DNA of 64,000 nt, from assembly GCA_019090315.1 (NCBI GenBank), contig JAHRWD010000013.1, forward strand, positions 60,585 to 124,584, read 5' to 3'. The notes below the pieces were generated by a model. That model saw only the letters and a program-made list of their open reading frames with translations. It made no database searches and had not been told where the DNA came from. Shown piece after piece: positions 1-8,936 of the stretch; the first letter of the stretch is position 1, and the number at the start of each line of letters is the position of its first letter. The stretch is from Pseudomonadales bacterium. Lineage in GTDB: Bacteria; Pseudomonadota; Gammaproteobacteria; Pseudomonadales; JAHRWD01. Made by a program: the position numbers and the translations under genes.

Positions 1-450
1 TATGTGGTTGTGCCGGAGCCGCTTCAATCAATCTTTGAACAAAGTTTTTCTGCGTTATGGTCTTCCGGTTCAGTGCTTGAGCAAAAAGTGATTGCGGAGT
101 TTATGGCGGAAGGTCATTTCAGTGTTCATATAAAGAAGATGCGCAAGCTATATGGAGAACGAAGAGCAGCATTGGCGGGTGCGTTGGGTAGCAGGCTTTC
201 GGGAGAGCTTAGCGTAAGCCTGCAGGCTGGCGGTATGCATCTTATTGGTGAACTGTTAAATGTCAGGGATGAAAAATTGCTTCAAGAAAATGCACTCAAG
301 CAAGGTCTGGCACCAACTATGCTCTCCAGTTTCCAGATTGAAACAATATATCCACCAACGTTGTTGTTGAGTTTTACCAATATTGATGTGAGCGCTGCTG
401 AGACTGTGGCAGGTAAATTGGCGGTTGCGATTGAGGCTTCACTGAACTGA
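1..450 (+). CDS. C-terminal part of a MocR/GntR-type PLP-dependent aminotransferase-like regulator (5' end outside window)
   Basis: The ORF is open from the window edge. The translation (EQKVIAEFMAEGHFSVHIKKMRKLYGERRAAL...GGMHLIG) resembles the aminotransferase-fold C-terminal domain of MocR-family regulators. Confidence 0.6.
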   Translation, partial: YVVVPEPLQSIFEQSFSALWSSGSVLEQKVIAEFMAEGHFSVHIKKMRKLYGERRAALAGALGSRLSGELSVSLQAGGMHLIGELLNVRDEKLLQENALKQGLAPTMLSSFQIETIYPPTLLLSFTNIDVSAAETVAGKLAVAIEASLN

Positions 451-724
451 TTCAATCCGAGCTGGCTGAATACTTTTCCGGAAAACGGCAAAGGTTTACT
501 GCGCCGCTACATACGCCAGGCACCGACTTCCAACAAATCGGATGGGATATCTTGCAACAGATTCCATGCGGAGAAACCCGCACCTACAAACAACAGGCCA
601 TCGCTATCAATAATCCAAAGGCGGTGCGCGCTGTTGCATCCGCCAACGGAAAAAGTGGTTGCTGGACCTGGAATCTCACTCCGTTGCTGATTCAACTACC
701 TCTGAAATAAAACAATCCAGTTAG
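441..724 (+). pseudogene. ogt: Decayed O6-alkylguanine-DNA alkyltransferase (Ogt/Ada-C) gene remnant
   Basis: One frame reads SELAEYFSGKRQRFTAPLHTPGTDFQQIGWDILQQIPCGETRTYKQQAIAINNPKAVRAVASANGK. A shifted frame then continues KKWLLDLESH. These match MGMT family blocks, but the PCHRV active-site block, the N-terminal domain and any start codon are missing. Confidence 0.6.
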
Positions 725-854
725 CCTTAACTGGCCCTGGTTTCGTAGTTGGCGAGATTATTGCAACATCTGTAAATGATGGTGTTCCTCATTCGGACGT
801 TATAGCGAAGGAATGTGAATGAGGTCATAAATTGTTCGACAGGTATACGTACTC

Positions 855-1499
855 GTGAAACAGCAAAAAAAAACAAATTCCGCTATTCAATATCCAGTCG
901 ACGATACTGTTTCCGGCGATATGGTTTCAGTTCTTGTAATTGATTCGAATTCCACACGTGCCTCGCTGCTTAATCGAACCCTGACTGAATATGGCTATCA
1001 GGTTGTCGAACGATTGACAGATGCACTAAATCTTGTAGAGCAGGTTCAGCATTACTCCCCTGATCTTTTGGTGCTAGGTATGGATCTACCCGATCAGGCT
1101 ACCCTGCAAAACTTGTCAGCGTTACATCAGCAGGCACCGCGTCCGGTGGTAGTATTTGCGGAAAAGGATGCACCAAAAATGGTGCAGAGTACGATAAAAG
1201 CAGGTGTTAGTGCGTATATTGTAGATGATATTCAGCCCCATCGTTTTCGTACCATTATTGAAATAGCAATTGCTCGTTTCAAGGAATACCAGGCAATAAA
1301 AACTGAACTTGAACAAACCAAATCAAAGCTATCAGACCGAAAGCTGCTTGAGCGAGCCAAGGGGCTTCTGATGGAGAAAAAGGGAATTGGTGAGCCGGAG
1401 GCATATCAACAGCTGCGAAAAACAGCGATGGATAAAGGTATAACTATCACAGCGGTTTCTCAAAACATCATTGATGTTATGGAGTTGCTTGATGGCTAA
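855..1499 (+). CDS. nasT: ANTAR-domain response regulator, nitrate-assimilation antiterminator NasT-like
   Basis: An N-terminal receiver domain (VLVIDSN...DLLVLGMDLPD) is followed by a C-terminal ANTAR domain (LLERAKGLLMEKKGIGEPEAYQQLRKTAMDKGITITAVSQNII). It lies directly upstream of the nitrate transporter operon. The GTG start at 855 is uncertain; an ATG at 921 is possible. Confidence 0.85.
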   Translation: MKQQKKTNSAIQYPVDDTVSGDMVSVLVIDSNSTRASLLNRTLTEYGYQVVERLTDALNLVEQVQHYSPDLLVLGMDLPDQATLQNLSALHQQAPRPVVVFAEKDAPKMVQSTIKAGVSAYIVDDIQPHRFRTIIEIAIARFKEYQAIKTELEQTKSKLSDRKLLERAKGLLMEKKGIGEPEAYQQLRKTAMDKGITITAVSQNIIDVMELLDG

Positions 1500-1629
1500 T
1501 GTCGCCTGAACGATTGCGGTGCGTTATTTTAAATATACGCACCATGCGGATGGCTAAACAGTGTCTAAAATAGAATAAAAAAATACTTTATACCTGTTAA
1601 CCCCTTTGTTTTACGCAATGTTGTAAAAC

Positions 1630-1645
1630 TGGCACGAGCCCTGCA
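1630..1645 (+). promoter_or_regulatory. Candidate sigma-54 (-24/-12) promoter
   Basis: TGGCAC-gagcc-CTGCA has GG-N10-GC spacing and one mismatch to TGGCAC-N5-TTGCA. It sits about 200 bp upstream of nrtA, which is consistent with Ntr control of nitrate assimilation. Confidence 0.5.
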
Positions 1646-1677
1646 TTAACTGTAAATATTGAATTTTAACATCATCC

Positions 1678-1732
1678 GTTGTCAACGGCGACAGCAGATA
1701 AAAAATAGAGGTTTGGTAACAACGACGTTATC
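1678..1732 (+). promoter_or_regulatory. Two hexaloop hairpins matching the ANTAR-target RNA motif
   Basis: The hairpins are GTTGTC[AACGGC]GACAGC (1678-1695) and GGTAAC[AACGAC]GTTATC (1715-1732). Each has a 6-bp stem with one G-U pair, and a loop with A at position 1 and G at position 4. Confidence 0.55.
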
Positions 1733-1750
1733 CAATACCTAAAGGGCAAA

Positions 1751-1809
1751 GGCGCCCATCAACGAACCTACTGATGAACAGTGGTGCGTTGATGGGCGCT
1801 TTTTTTTTT
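1751..1809 (+). terminator. Rho-independent terminator/attenuator in the nrtA leader
   Basis: A 13-bp perfect GC-rich stem, GCGCCCATCAACG (1752-1764) with CGTTGATGGGCGC (1787-1799), is followed by T10 and lies 24 nt before the nrtA ATG. Confidence 0.75.
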
Positions 1810-1832
1810 GGAAAAAATTGAGGAATTTTTAG

Positions 1833-3209
1833 ATGAACTGGATAAAACCATTTAAGTTGGCAGCGATATTTACAACGATTAGCCTGACGCTTAGCCCCGC
1901 CGTACAGTCAAAGGAAACCATTGGCTTTCCTGAAAAAGAAGAACTGAAATTCGGTTTTATTAAACTGACCGATATGGCGCCCATTGCTATCGCCTATGAA
2001 AATGGCTACTTCGAAGATGAAGGTTTGTATGTCACGATTGAAGCGCAGGCAAACTGGAAAGTCTTGTTAGATGGCGTTATTGATGGCCGGCTCGACGGTG
2101 CGCATATGCTTGCGGGCCAGCCCATCGCAGCCACTATGGGTTTTGGCACCAAAGCCCATATTATTACGCCTTTTTCAATGGACCTTAACGGCAATGCGAT
2201 AACCGTTTCCAATACTATCTGGAATAAGATGAAACCGCATATTCCGAAAAGGGCGGATGGCAAACCGGTTCATCCCATAAAAGCCGATGCATTAAAACCC
2301 GTGGTCGAAAGCTACAAGGATGCGGGCAAGCCCTTCAAAATGGGCATGGTATTTCCCGTATCTACGCATAACTATGAACTGCGTTACTGGTTAGCTGCTG
2401 GGGGAATTCACCCGGGTTATTACGCACCCCATAAGGGTGATAGTTCCGGACAGATTGATGCTGATGTTTTGCTTTCAGTAACGCCGCCCCCGCAGATGCC
2501 GGCAACCATGGAAGCTGGAACGATCCACGGTTATTGTGTTGGCGAACCCTGGAATCAGCAGGCGGTTTTCAAAGGTATCGGTGTGCCCGTGGTAACGGAT
2601 TATGAAATCTGGAAAGACAATCCTGAAAAAGTATTTGGGATCACCGCAGAGTTTGCAAAAAAATATCCCAATACCACCGTGCGGTTAACACGAGCTCTGA
2701 TCCGTGCAGCCATGTGGCTTGATGAAAATAACAATGCCAATCGACCCGCTGCGGTAAAAATACTTTCCCAGTCCAACTATGTTGGTGCAGATTACGATGT
2801 GATTGCCAACAGTATGACAGGAACGTTTGAGTATGAAAAAGGTGATAAACGGCAGGTGCCTGATTTCAACGTATTCTTTCGTTACAACGCAACCTATCCC
2901 TACTACTCCGATGCAATTTGGTACCTGACACAGATGCGCCGATGGGGACAGATTTCGGATGATAAAAGTGACGCCTGGTATAAAGAACTCGCTGCGAAGG
3001 TTTACCGTCCTGATATCTATGCTGTTGCAGCAAAGTCATTGATAAAAGATAAGCTTGCAAAGGAAATAGATTTTCCGAATTTTAAAACTGAAGATGGCTA
3101 CCGTGATCCTCAAACCCATTTTATCGATGGCCTGGTGTATGACGGAACCCAACCCAATGGCTATATCAATCAATTCAAAATTGGTTTGAAGCAGGGTGAC
3201 CACCTATAG
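1833..3209 (+). CDS. nrtA: Nitrate ABC transporter substrate-binding protein (NrtA/CmpA family)
   Basis: A 458-aa protein with a signal peptide. The NrtA-like sequence includes [26 protein letters not shown] and [12 protein letters not shown]. It is followed by a permease and an ATPase. Confidence 0.9.
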   Translation: MNWIKPFKLAAIFTTISLTLSPAVQSKETIGFPEKEELKFGFIKLTDMAPIAIAYENGYFEDEGLYVTIEAQANWKVLLDGVIDGRLDGAHMLAGQPIAATMGFGTKAHIITPFSMDLNGNAITVSNTIWNKMKPHIPKRADGKPVHPIKADALKPVVESYKDAGKPFKMGMVFPVSTHNYELRYWLAAGGIHPGYYAPHKGDSSGQIDADVLLSVTPPPQMPATMEAGTIHGYCVGEPWNQQAVFKGIGVPVVTDYEIWKDNPEKVFGITAEFAKKYPNTTVRLTRALIRAAMWLDENNNANRPAAVKILSQSNYVGADYDVIANSMTGTFEYEKGDKRQVPDFNVFFRYNATYPYYSDAIWYLTQMRRWGQISDDKSDAWYKELAAKVYRPDIYAVAAKSLIKDKLAKEIDFPNFKTEDGYRDPQTHFIDGLVYDGTQPNGYINQFKIGLKQGDHL

Positions 3210-3313
3210 ATTAATCAGCCTGATAAGGGTGGACTGGCGGGAGCGGGTTGCTATTCCATCCTTTTATCAAATTTTCTAAGTGAATTATTCATAAACACGA
3301 ATTCGGATATTCC

Positions 3314-4312
3314 ATGAGCAGCACCGTATTAGTCAAAAACAAAGTAGAGAGTGACTCAGCCCTTCGAATAAAAATTCGAATATGGCTAACGTCTTTTCTA
3401 AAGTTTGTTTTACCACCATTCCTGGGTGTAGTTGTCTTTCTGTTCCTCTGGACGGCTGCAGCACAAAATATTGTTACCTCGCTGGGTACATTTCCCGGCC
3501 CTTCCGCAGTCTGGGTGCAACTAGGAACCCTGTACGATGAACATGTGGCCGAACGTGAAAAGGCCGAAGCGTTTTATTTGAGGCAGGATAAACGTAACGC
3601 TGCAAGAGTAGCCCAGGATTCTTCCTATACACCCAAAGTCCGTGCCTATACCGGCAAAGAAACATTCCTTGATCAAATCGCAACAAGTTTGGTAACCGTA
3701 TTGAGTGGATTCTTTGTGGCTGCGCTGATTGCAATACCCCTTGGGATTGCCATTGGTTTAAATGGGATTTTAAGGTCAGCGGTAAATCCAATAATTCAGA
3801 TATTTAAACCCGTATCCCCCCTGGCCTGGTTACCTTTGGTGACGATGGTGGTGAGTGCCGTATACGTAAGCCCCGACCCCGTGATTGCAAAATCGTTTCT
3901 AAATTCAATGATAACCGTAACGCTTTGTTGTCTTTGGCCGATGTTGATCAATACCTCTGTAGGCGTGGCTTCTATACCAGAGGATCTTGTAAACGTAAGC
4001 AAAGTGTTATGTTTAAAACCATTGAAGCACGTTCAGAAAATAGTATTACCCTGTGCGATTCCACTGATATTTACCGGCATGCGTTTGTCATTAGGCGTTG
4101 CCTGGATGGTATTGATAGCAGCGGAAATGTTGGCGCAGAATCCAGGACTAGGAAAATTTGTCTGGGACGAATTTCAAAATGGAAGCTCAGATTCCCTGGC
4201 AAGAATAATGACCGCGGTGATTGTAATTGGTGGAATTGGTTTTCTGCTGGATAGAAGCATGTTACAGCTACAGCGATGGGTATCATGGGATAAATCCAGC
4301 GCGGTACACTGA
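3314..4312 (+). CDS. nrtB: Nitrate ABC transporter permease
   Basis: A multi-TM protein with an ABC permease EAA-type region (LIAAEMLAQNPGLGKFVWDEFQNG), in operon position after nrtA. Confidence 0.9.
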   Translation: MSSTVLVKNKVESDSALRIKIRIWLTSFLKFVLPPFLGVVVFLFLWTAAAQNIVTSLGTFPGPSAVWVQLGTLYDEHVAEREKAEAFYLRQDKRNAARVAQDSSYTPKVRAYTGKETFLDQIATSLVTVLSGFFVAALIAIPLGIAIGLNGILRSAVNPIIQIFKPVSPLAWLPLVTMVVSAVYVSPDPVIAKSFLNSMITVTLCCLWPMLINTSVGVASIPEDLVNVSKVLCLKPLKHVQKIVLPCAIPLIFTGMRLSLGVAWMVLIAAEMLAQNPGLGKFVWDEFQNGSSDSLARIMTAVIVIGGIGFLLDRSMLQLQRWVSWDKSSAVH

Positions 4313-4369
4313 TCAAAAGCGTTAGAAATAATCACAATTTTTGTTTATAGAAACAGTTGAGAACAAACT

Positions 4370-5215
4370 ATGAGCGTAATCCTTGATATAAGTCATATTG
4401 ATATGGTTTTCCCGACCTCGAATGGTCCCTTTACCGCGCTAAAAGAAGTAGACCTAAAAGTATCAGAGGGTGAATTTATCTCACTGATTGGCCACTCGGG
4501 CTGTGGTAAATCAACCGTGCTAAATGTGGTGGCGGGGCTTTATCAAGCTAGCGTCGGAGGCGTGGTATTAAACGGTAAGGAGGTGACAGCTCCAGGGCCG
4601 GAGCGTGCGGTGGTTTTTCAAAACCATTCGTTGTTACCCTGGTTAACCGTGTATCAAAACGTAGAACTTGCAGTCAAACAGGTCTTTGGTAAAACCAGAA
4701 ACAAAAAGCAGATAAAGGATTGGGTAGAACACAACTTGACATTGGTACATATGGACCACGCTATGGACAAACGACCAGGAGAGATTTCTGGCGGTATGAA
4801 ACAGCGGGTTGGAATTGCACGGGCGCTGTCTATGGAACCGGATATTCTGTTAATGGATGAGCCCTTCGGCGCATTGGATGCGTTAACTCGCGCCCACATG
4901 CAGGACTCGCTTATGGAAATTCAGAGTGAATTGAAGAACACCATTATAATGATCACCCACGACGTTGACGAAGCGGTTTTGCTTTCTGATCGAATTGTAA
5001 TGATGACCAATGGACCTGCGGCAACTATTGGAGAAATCCTTGATATTAATCTGGACCGTCCACGAGATCGTTTGGCACTTTCAGTAGATTCAGAATATAC
5101 TCGCCTACGTTCTGAAGTACTAAAATTTCTCTATGAAAAACAACGAAAAATTGAAGATATCAGTCCAAACAAACCGGCAAAAGAAGTGAATCAGAAAAGA
5201 AAAAAAATAGCATAG
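4370..5215 (+). CDS. nrtD: Nitrate ABC transporter ATP-binding protein (short NrtD-type)
   Basis: Contains Walker A GHSGCGKST, the signature ISGGMKQRVGIARAL and Walker B ILLMDEPFGALD. Confidence 0.88.
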   Translation: MSVILDISHIDMVFPTSNGPFTALKEVDLKVSEGEFISLIGHSGCGKSTVLNVVAGLYQASVGGVVLNGKEVTAPGPERAVVFQNHSLLPWLTVYQNVELAVKQVFGKTRNKKQIKDWVEHNLTLVHMDHAMDKRPGEISGGMKQRVGIARALSMEPDILLMDEPFGALDALTRAHMQDSLMEIQSELKNTIIMITHDVDEAVLLSDRIVMMTNGPAATIGEILDINLDRPRDRLALSVDSEYTRLRSEVLKFLYEKQRKIEDISPNKPAKEVNQKRKKIA

Positions 5216-5344
5216 GGAAACACTAATTTATTCTGATCGAAGTAGAATGTGAGCAAAAAGTTCAGATACGAGTTCAGAAACAGATCAGATTTTCCTGGAA
5301 TAAAAATTGAGCGAAACAGTATTTATAATTGTAAGGAGTATTGT

Positions 5345-6562
5345 ATGAACAAAGTGTTACTAACTTTCACAGCGTCAGTATTATTATGTCAAAGCGCTAT
5401 AGCTGAAAATACTATTTCAGAGGCATTTTCCTTGGGAAAAACCCATGCTGATTTTCGGCTGCGATATGAAGGCGTTCAGCAGGACAATGCACTCAAGGAC
5501 GCGAATGCACTCACGCTTCGATCACGTCTTGGTTATACCACTGCAGACTTTAATGGATTTTCTGCAATGATGGAGTTTGAAGACTCACGTTCGGTACTGG
5601 GTGTTGATGACTACAGTGTTCCTCCTACTGGTTTTCATACACCAGGAGGTGTGCCTGAGTATTCTGTCATTGCAGACCCGGCAACTACTGAGTTGGATCA
5701 GGCTTATTTGCGCTACAAGTCGGATCAGGTAGATCTGAAGGGCGGACGGCAGGTCATTGTTCTTGATACTGCAAGATTTGTTGGTGATGTTGGTTGGAGG
5801 CAGGATCGTCAAACCTTTGATGGTTTGAAAGCCGTATTTGCTCCACTCGAGAATATGGAATTAACCTACGCATATATCGCTCAGCGTAATCGGATCTTTG
5901 CTCAGGAAAAGGATGTGGATTCATCTGATCACCTGCTTAACGGAAGTTATAATACCGATTTTGGCAAAGCGGTTGCCTATGCATACTTGTTAGAAGATGA
6001 AGGAAATCCTGTGAGCAATGGCCTGGATACCTACGGTTTGTCATTTAAAGGCGGAACAAAAATTGACCGGGCGAAACTTCTCTACGCTGCCGAATTTGCC
6101 TTTCAAAGTTCGGAAGTAGGTACCGCCGATTACGATGCCAACTACATGTTGCTGGAGATAGGCGCATTGGCAAACGGTATTACCACAAAAATTGGTTATG
6201 AAGTATTGGGCTCCGATGGTGGCGCATATGGATTTTCAACACCCTTAGCAACCCTGCATAAGTTTAACGGTTGGGCTGACCAGTTTTTGGGTACCCCAAA
6301 GCAAGGGTTAGTCGATATCTATATATCTGCCGGCGGCAAGCTGGGTGGCGGCAAGTGGGCAGTGATTTATCATGACTTTGCAGCAGATGAATCAACCGCT
6401 ACCGTGGATGATCTGGGTAGTGAATTTGATCTCCTGTATGCCCGAAAGTTTGGTAAACACTACAATGGTGGCATTAAATACGCACACTACTCTGCGGGTG
6501 ATGTAGCGGCCGGAAAGGTTGATACGGACAAACTCTGGGTATGGGCTGGCGTATCGTTTTAG
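5345..6562 (+). CDS. Outer-membrane porin, alginate-export (AlgE-like) family
   Basis: I take the start at the internal ATG 5345, which has an AAGGAG RBS at 5333-5338. The signal peptide is MNKVLLTFTASVLLCQSAIA. The sequence is beta-barrel-like, with DFRLRYEGV near the N-terminus and a C-terminal aromatic residue (GVSF). It is co-oriented behind nrtABD. Confidence 0.7.
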   Translation: MNKVLLTFTASVLLCQSAIAENTISEAFSLGKTHADFRLRYEGVQQDNALKDANALTLRSRLGYTTADFNGFSAMMEFEDSRSVLGVDDYSVPPTGFHTPGGVPEYSVIADPATTELDQAYLRYKSDQVDLKGGRQVIVLDTARFVGDVGWRQDRQTFDGLKAVFAPLENMELTYAYIAQRNRIFAQEKDVDSSDHLLNGSYNTDFGKAVAYAYLLEDEGNPVSNGLDTYGLSFKGGTKIDRAKLLYAAEFAFQSSEVGTADYDANYMLLEIGALANGITTKIGYEVLGSDGGAYGFSTPLATLHKFNGWADQFLGTPKQGLVDIYISAGGKLGGGKWAVIYHDFAADESTATVDDLGSEFDLLYARKFGKHYNGGIKYAHYSAGDVAAGKVDTDKLWVWAGVSF

Positions 6563-6590
6563 CCAGGGCGGTGCTGAAACCGCTAATCTA

Positions 6591-6624
6591 AAAAAAGGGC
6601 ATATATACGATATGCCCTTTTTTA
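6591..6624 (+). terminator. Rho-independent terminator after the porin gene
   Basis: Stem GGGCATA/TATGCCC with a 7-nt loop, followed by T6. Confidence 0.7.
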
Positions 6625-6832
6625 TGCCTGGTCGGAAAAGGTCTCACCAAGCCCGAAAACACAAGCTTGTGCGCGTGAGAGACTCTTCAATGGAAAGCCG
6701 TTAGAATGTTGTAAGCTAGGGATATACAAATTCATATGTGTATTTCAGGCGCTCTCAAATAATGTTTTCTCCGGATATCAAACTATGATGCGCCGGCAAT
6801 CACCTTAACCTAATCGACAGTACCACTTAATC

Positions 6833-7570
6833 ATGAAACAGATAGTCTGCATGAAATGGGGCACCCTCTATGGCGCTGAATATGTCAACAAGCTGTATGG
6901 CATGGTCAAACGAAACACATCCGGTGAGTTTCGCTTTGTTTGCCTGACCGATGACCCAACTGATGTACGAAAAGAAGTGGAATGCCTGCCTTGCCCTACC
7001 GTGGATATTCCAGCACCTTTTAATAATACCGGCTGGAGAAAAATTACCCTGTGGGCAGGAACGCTACCGGAGATGACCGGCAGCTGGCTTTTCCTCGACC
7101 TCGATGTGGTCATTACCGGTAGTCTTGACGAGTTCTTCGCGTACCGGCCTGAACTCGATTTTGTGGTGATGAAAAACTGGACCCAGCCTAATTCAGGTAT
7201 TGGCAATACCTCTGTTTACCGCTTCAAAGTGGGAAGCTACCCGAAATTGCTGGCTGAGTTAATTGAAAGACCGTTGGCGATTGTGGATGAGTTTACCAAT
7301 GAGCAAACGTTCGTTTGTAAACGCATAAGCCTGACGGAGTTCTGGCCTGACCCCTGGTGTCTGTTATTCAAAGTCCATTGTGTACCACCTATGCCTTTGC
7401 GCTGGTGGAAAGAACCAGTCTTGCCTGAAACTGCCAAAGTCATCGCATTCCCCGGTGACCCGAATCCGGATATGGCGCTGTTGGGCGAGTGGCCATATAA
7501 AAAGTTTTATAAGGGACTGTACAAAAAAATCTTACCCACTACATGGGTTAAAGAACATTGGCGTGAGTAA
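6833..7570 (+). CDS. Conserved hypothetical protein, probable glycosyltransferase-like (LPS/capsule context)
   Basis: A 245-aa protein whose N-terminus (MKWGTLYGAEYVNKLYGMVKRNTSGEFRFVCLTDD) recalls a widespread family usually annotated as glycosyltransferase or hypothetical. It sits next to O-antigen-ligase-like and GT4 genes. Confidence 0.5.
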   Translation: MKQIVCMKWGTLYGAEYVNKLYGMVKRNTSGEFRFVCLTDDPTDVRKEVECLPCPTVDIPAPFNNTGWRKITLWAGTLPEMTGSWLFLDLDVVITGSLDEFFAYRPELDFVVMKNWTQPNSGIGNTSVYRFKVGSYPKLLAELIERPLAIVDEFTNEQTFVCKRISLTEFWPDPWCLLFKVHCVPPMPLRWWKEPVLPETAKVIAFPGDPNPDMALLGEWPYKKFYKGLYKKILPTTWVKEHWRE

Positions 7571-7715
7571 TTTTAATCTGTTCTAGTGAAAATATTTTCT
7601 GGGTCTATGAATAGAAGTAAGCTGGATAACCTTAGCTATTCATTTTTCACCTCATACTTATTGGGCCAATCTTGATGAAATGAATGGCTAGTTAATCTGG
7701 AATAACTCTGAATCA

Positions 7716-8936
7716 ATGACAAAATCAAATTTTTCCTGGCCGGCACTGTTAAGTGTGGCCCTGTTCACATCCCTGGTATGGACTCAACCATTGCCTGGCG
7801 GCCCGCGTGCGCCTTCTCTGTTTCTGATTGTTTTTGGTGCTGTGCTGCTATTTAGAAAAAAGGTCACTTTTTCTGATATACGTATGCAACGGATGCTAAT
7901 AATTCTGGCCCTTATCTGGGTACCTACCTGCATATCAACATTTACCAGTTACGAGCCGGAAAAATCCTTGCAGTTGGTTGTAATGTTGCCGTTGTTTTTG
8001 TTGGCGTCGGTTGCCGGGTACCATGTACTTGATAATTATCTAACCCAGAAGCTTTTGCTGGGCATTATTACCATACTCTGCTGCTTCTGGATTTTTGATG
8101 CATCCATACAGCTTATTTTCGGCAAAGATCTATTTGGGATTGAATTATTTGATGGTAGACGTGTAAACGCTCCCTTCAAACATTTACGTTTGGGCCTGTT
8201 TGTTTCAATTCTACTTCCCGTCGTATTGGTTCAGTTGGAGCGGTATGGTTTATTTTGGCAAGCCCTCTATTTGCTGGTGTCTATTGTCATTGTCACATCA
8301 ACTGGAATTCGTACCAATTTGCTCATCGTTATTTTGGCGGTCGGACTCTATATTATCGGCAAGCGGAAAGCAGGTTGGTTGCTTATTGTCATCCCCTTCA
8401 TTCTCGTCGCCGGCGTGTTGGCTGCAAGTTTTTCTGACATTGCGCAGAAAAAACTCAACAGCTTTTCACAGTTTCCAACGACTTATGATGATGTGAATAA
8501 GCTATCCTCCTACCGCCTGGATATTTGGGAGGCATCTTCAAATATGCTTTTGGAAAATCCCTTTGCAGGCGTCGGAGCACGTAGTTTTTCTGAAGCCTTT
8601 AATGACCATTCATCCCCTGGAAATAGATTTCATAAGAGTGAGCGTCGCGCTCATCATACACACCACCCTATTATCTCGATTGCAGCCGAGACTGGATTTC
8701 CAGGTTTGTTTGGCTTCCTGATAGCCGTATATATGTTGGCGCGTTGGGGGCGAGATTCGGCCTCACGGGCACTTGCCAACCCCTGGGCACAGATACTAAT
8801 TCTAATCGCTTTCCCGATACAGTCGATGCCGATATTCTTTACGCTTTGGTGGTTTCCTTTTATTATTTTTGTTCTGATCTGCTATTTGCATACTATTCAG
8901 TTAAAAGCCTCTGAAAGCGTTGGCAATGAAATCTAG
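7716..8936 (+). CDS. O-antigen ligase/polymerase family membrane protein (Wzy_C domain)
   Basis: About 10-12 predicted TM segments, with a periplasmic loop (SYRLDIWEAS...NPFAGVGARSF...HHTHHPIISIAAETG) typical of WaaL/Wzy_C proteins. Confidence 0.75.
   Translation: MTKSNFSWPALLSVALFTSLVWTQPLPGGPRAPSLFLIVFGAVLLFRKKVTFSDIRMQRMLIILALIWVPTCISTFTSYEPEKSLQLVVMLPLFLLASVAGYHVLDNYLTQKLLLGIITILCCFWIFDASIQLIFGKDLFGIELFDGRRVNAPFKHLRLGLFVSILLPVVLVQLERYGLFWQALYLLVSIVIVTSTGIRTNLLIVILAVGLYIIGKRKAGWLLIVIPFILVAGVLAASFSDIAQKKLNSFSQFPTTYDDVNKLSSYRLDIWEASSNMLLENPFAGVGARSFSEAFNDHSSPGNRFHKSERRAHHTHHPIISIAAETGFPGLFGFLIAVYMLARWGRDSASRALANPWAQILILIAFPIQSMPIFFTLWWFPFIIFVLICYLHTIQLKASESVGNEI

Noticed and set aside
507-695. 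62-aa minus-strand ORF in the gap before nasT
   Set aside because: It lies exactly antisense to the much better supported ogt-like homology on the plus strand. It has no RBS and no recognisable motif.
5249-5344. N-terminal 32-codon extension of the porin ORF (MSKKFRYEF...)
   Set aside because: The extension precedes a textbook signal peptide that starts at ATG 5345 with an AAGGAG RBS. It would bury that signal peptide.
6519-6704. 61-aa plus-strand ORF spanning the porin terminator
   Set aside because: It overlaps the porin 3' end and runs through a rho-independent terminator hairpin. Its composition is Arg/Lys-rich junk.
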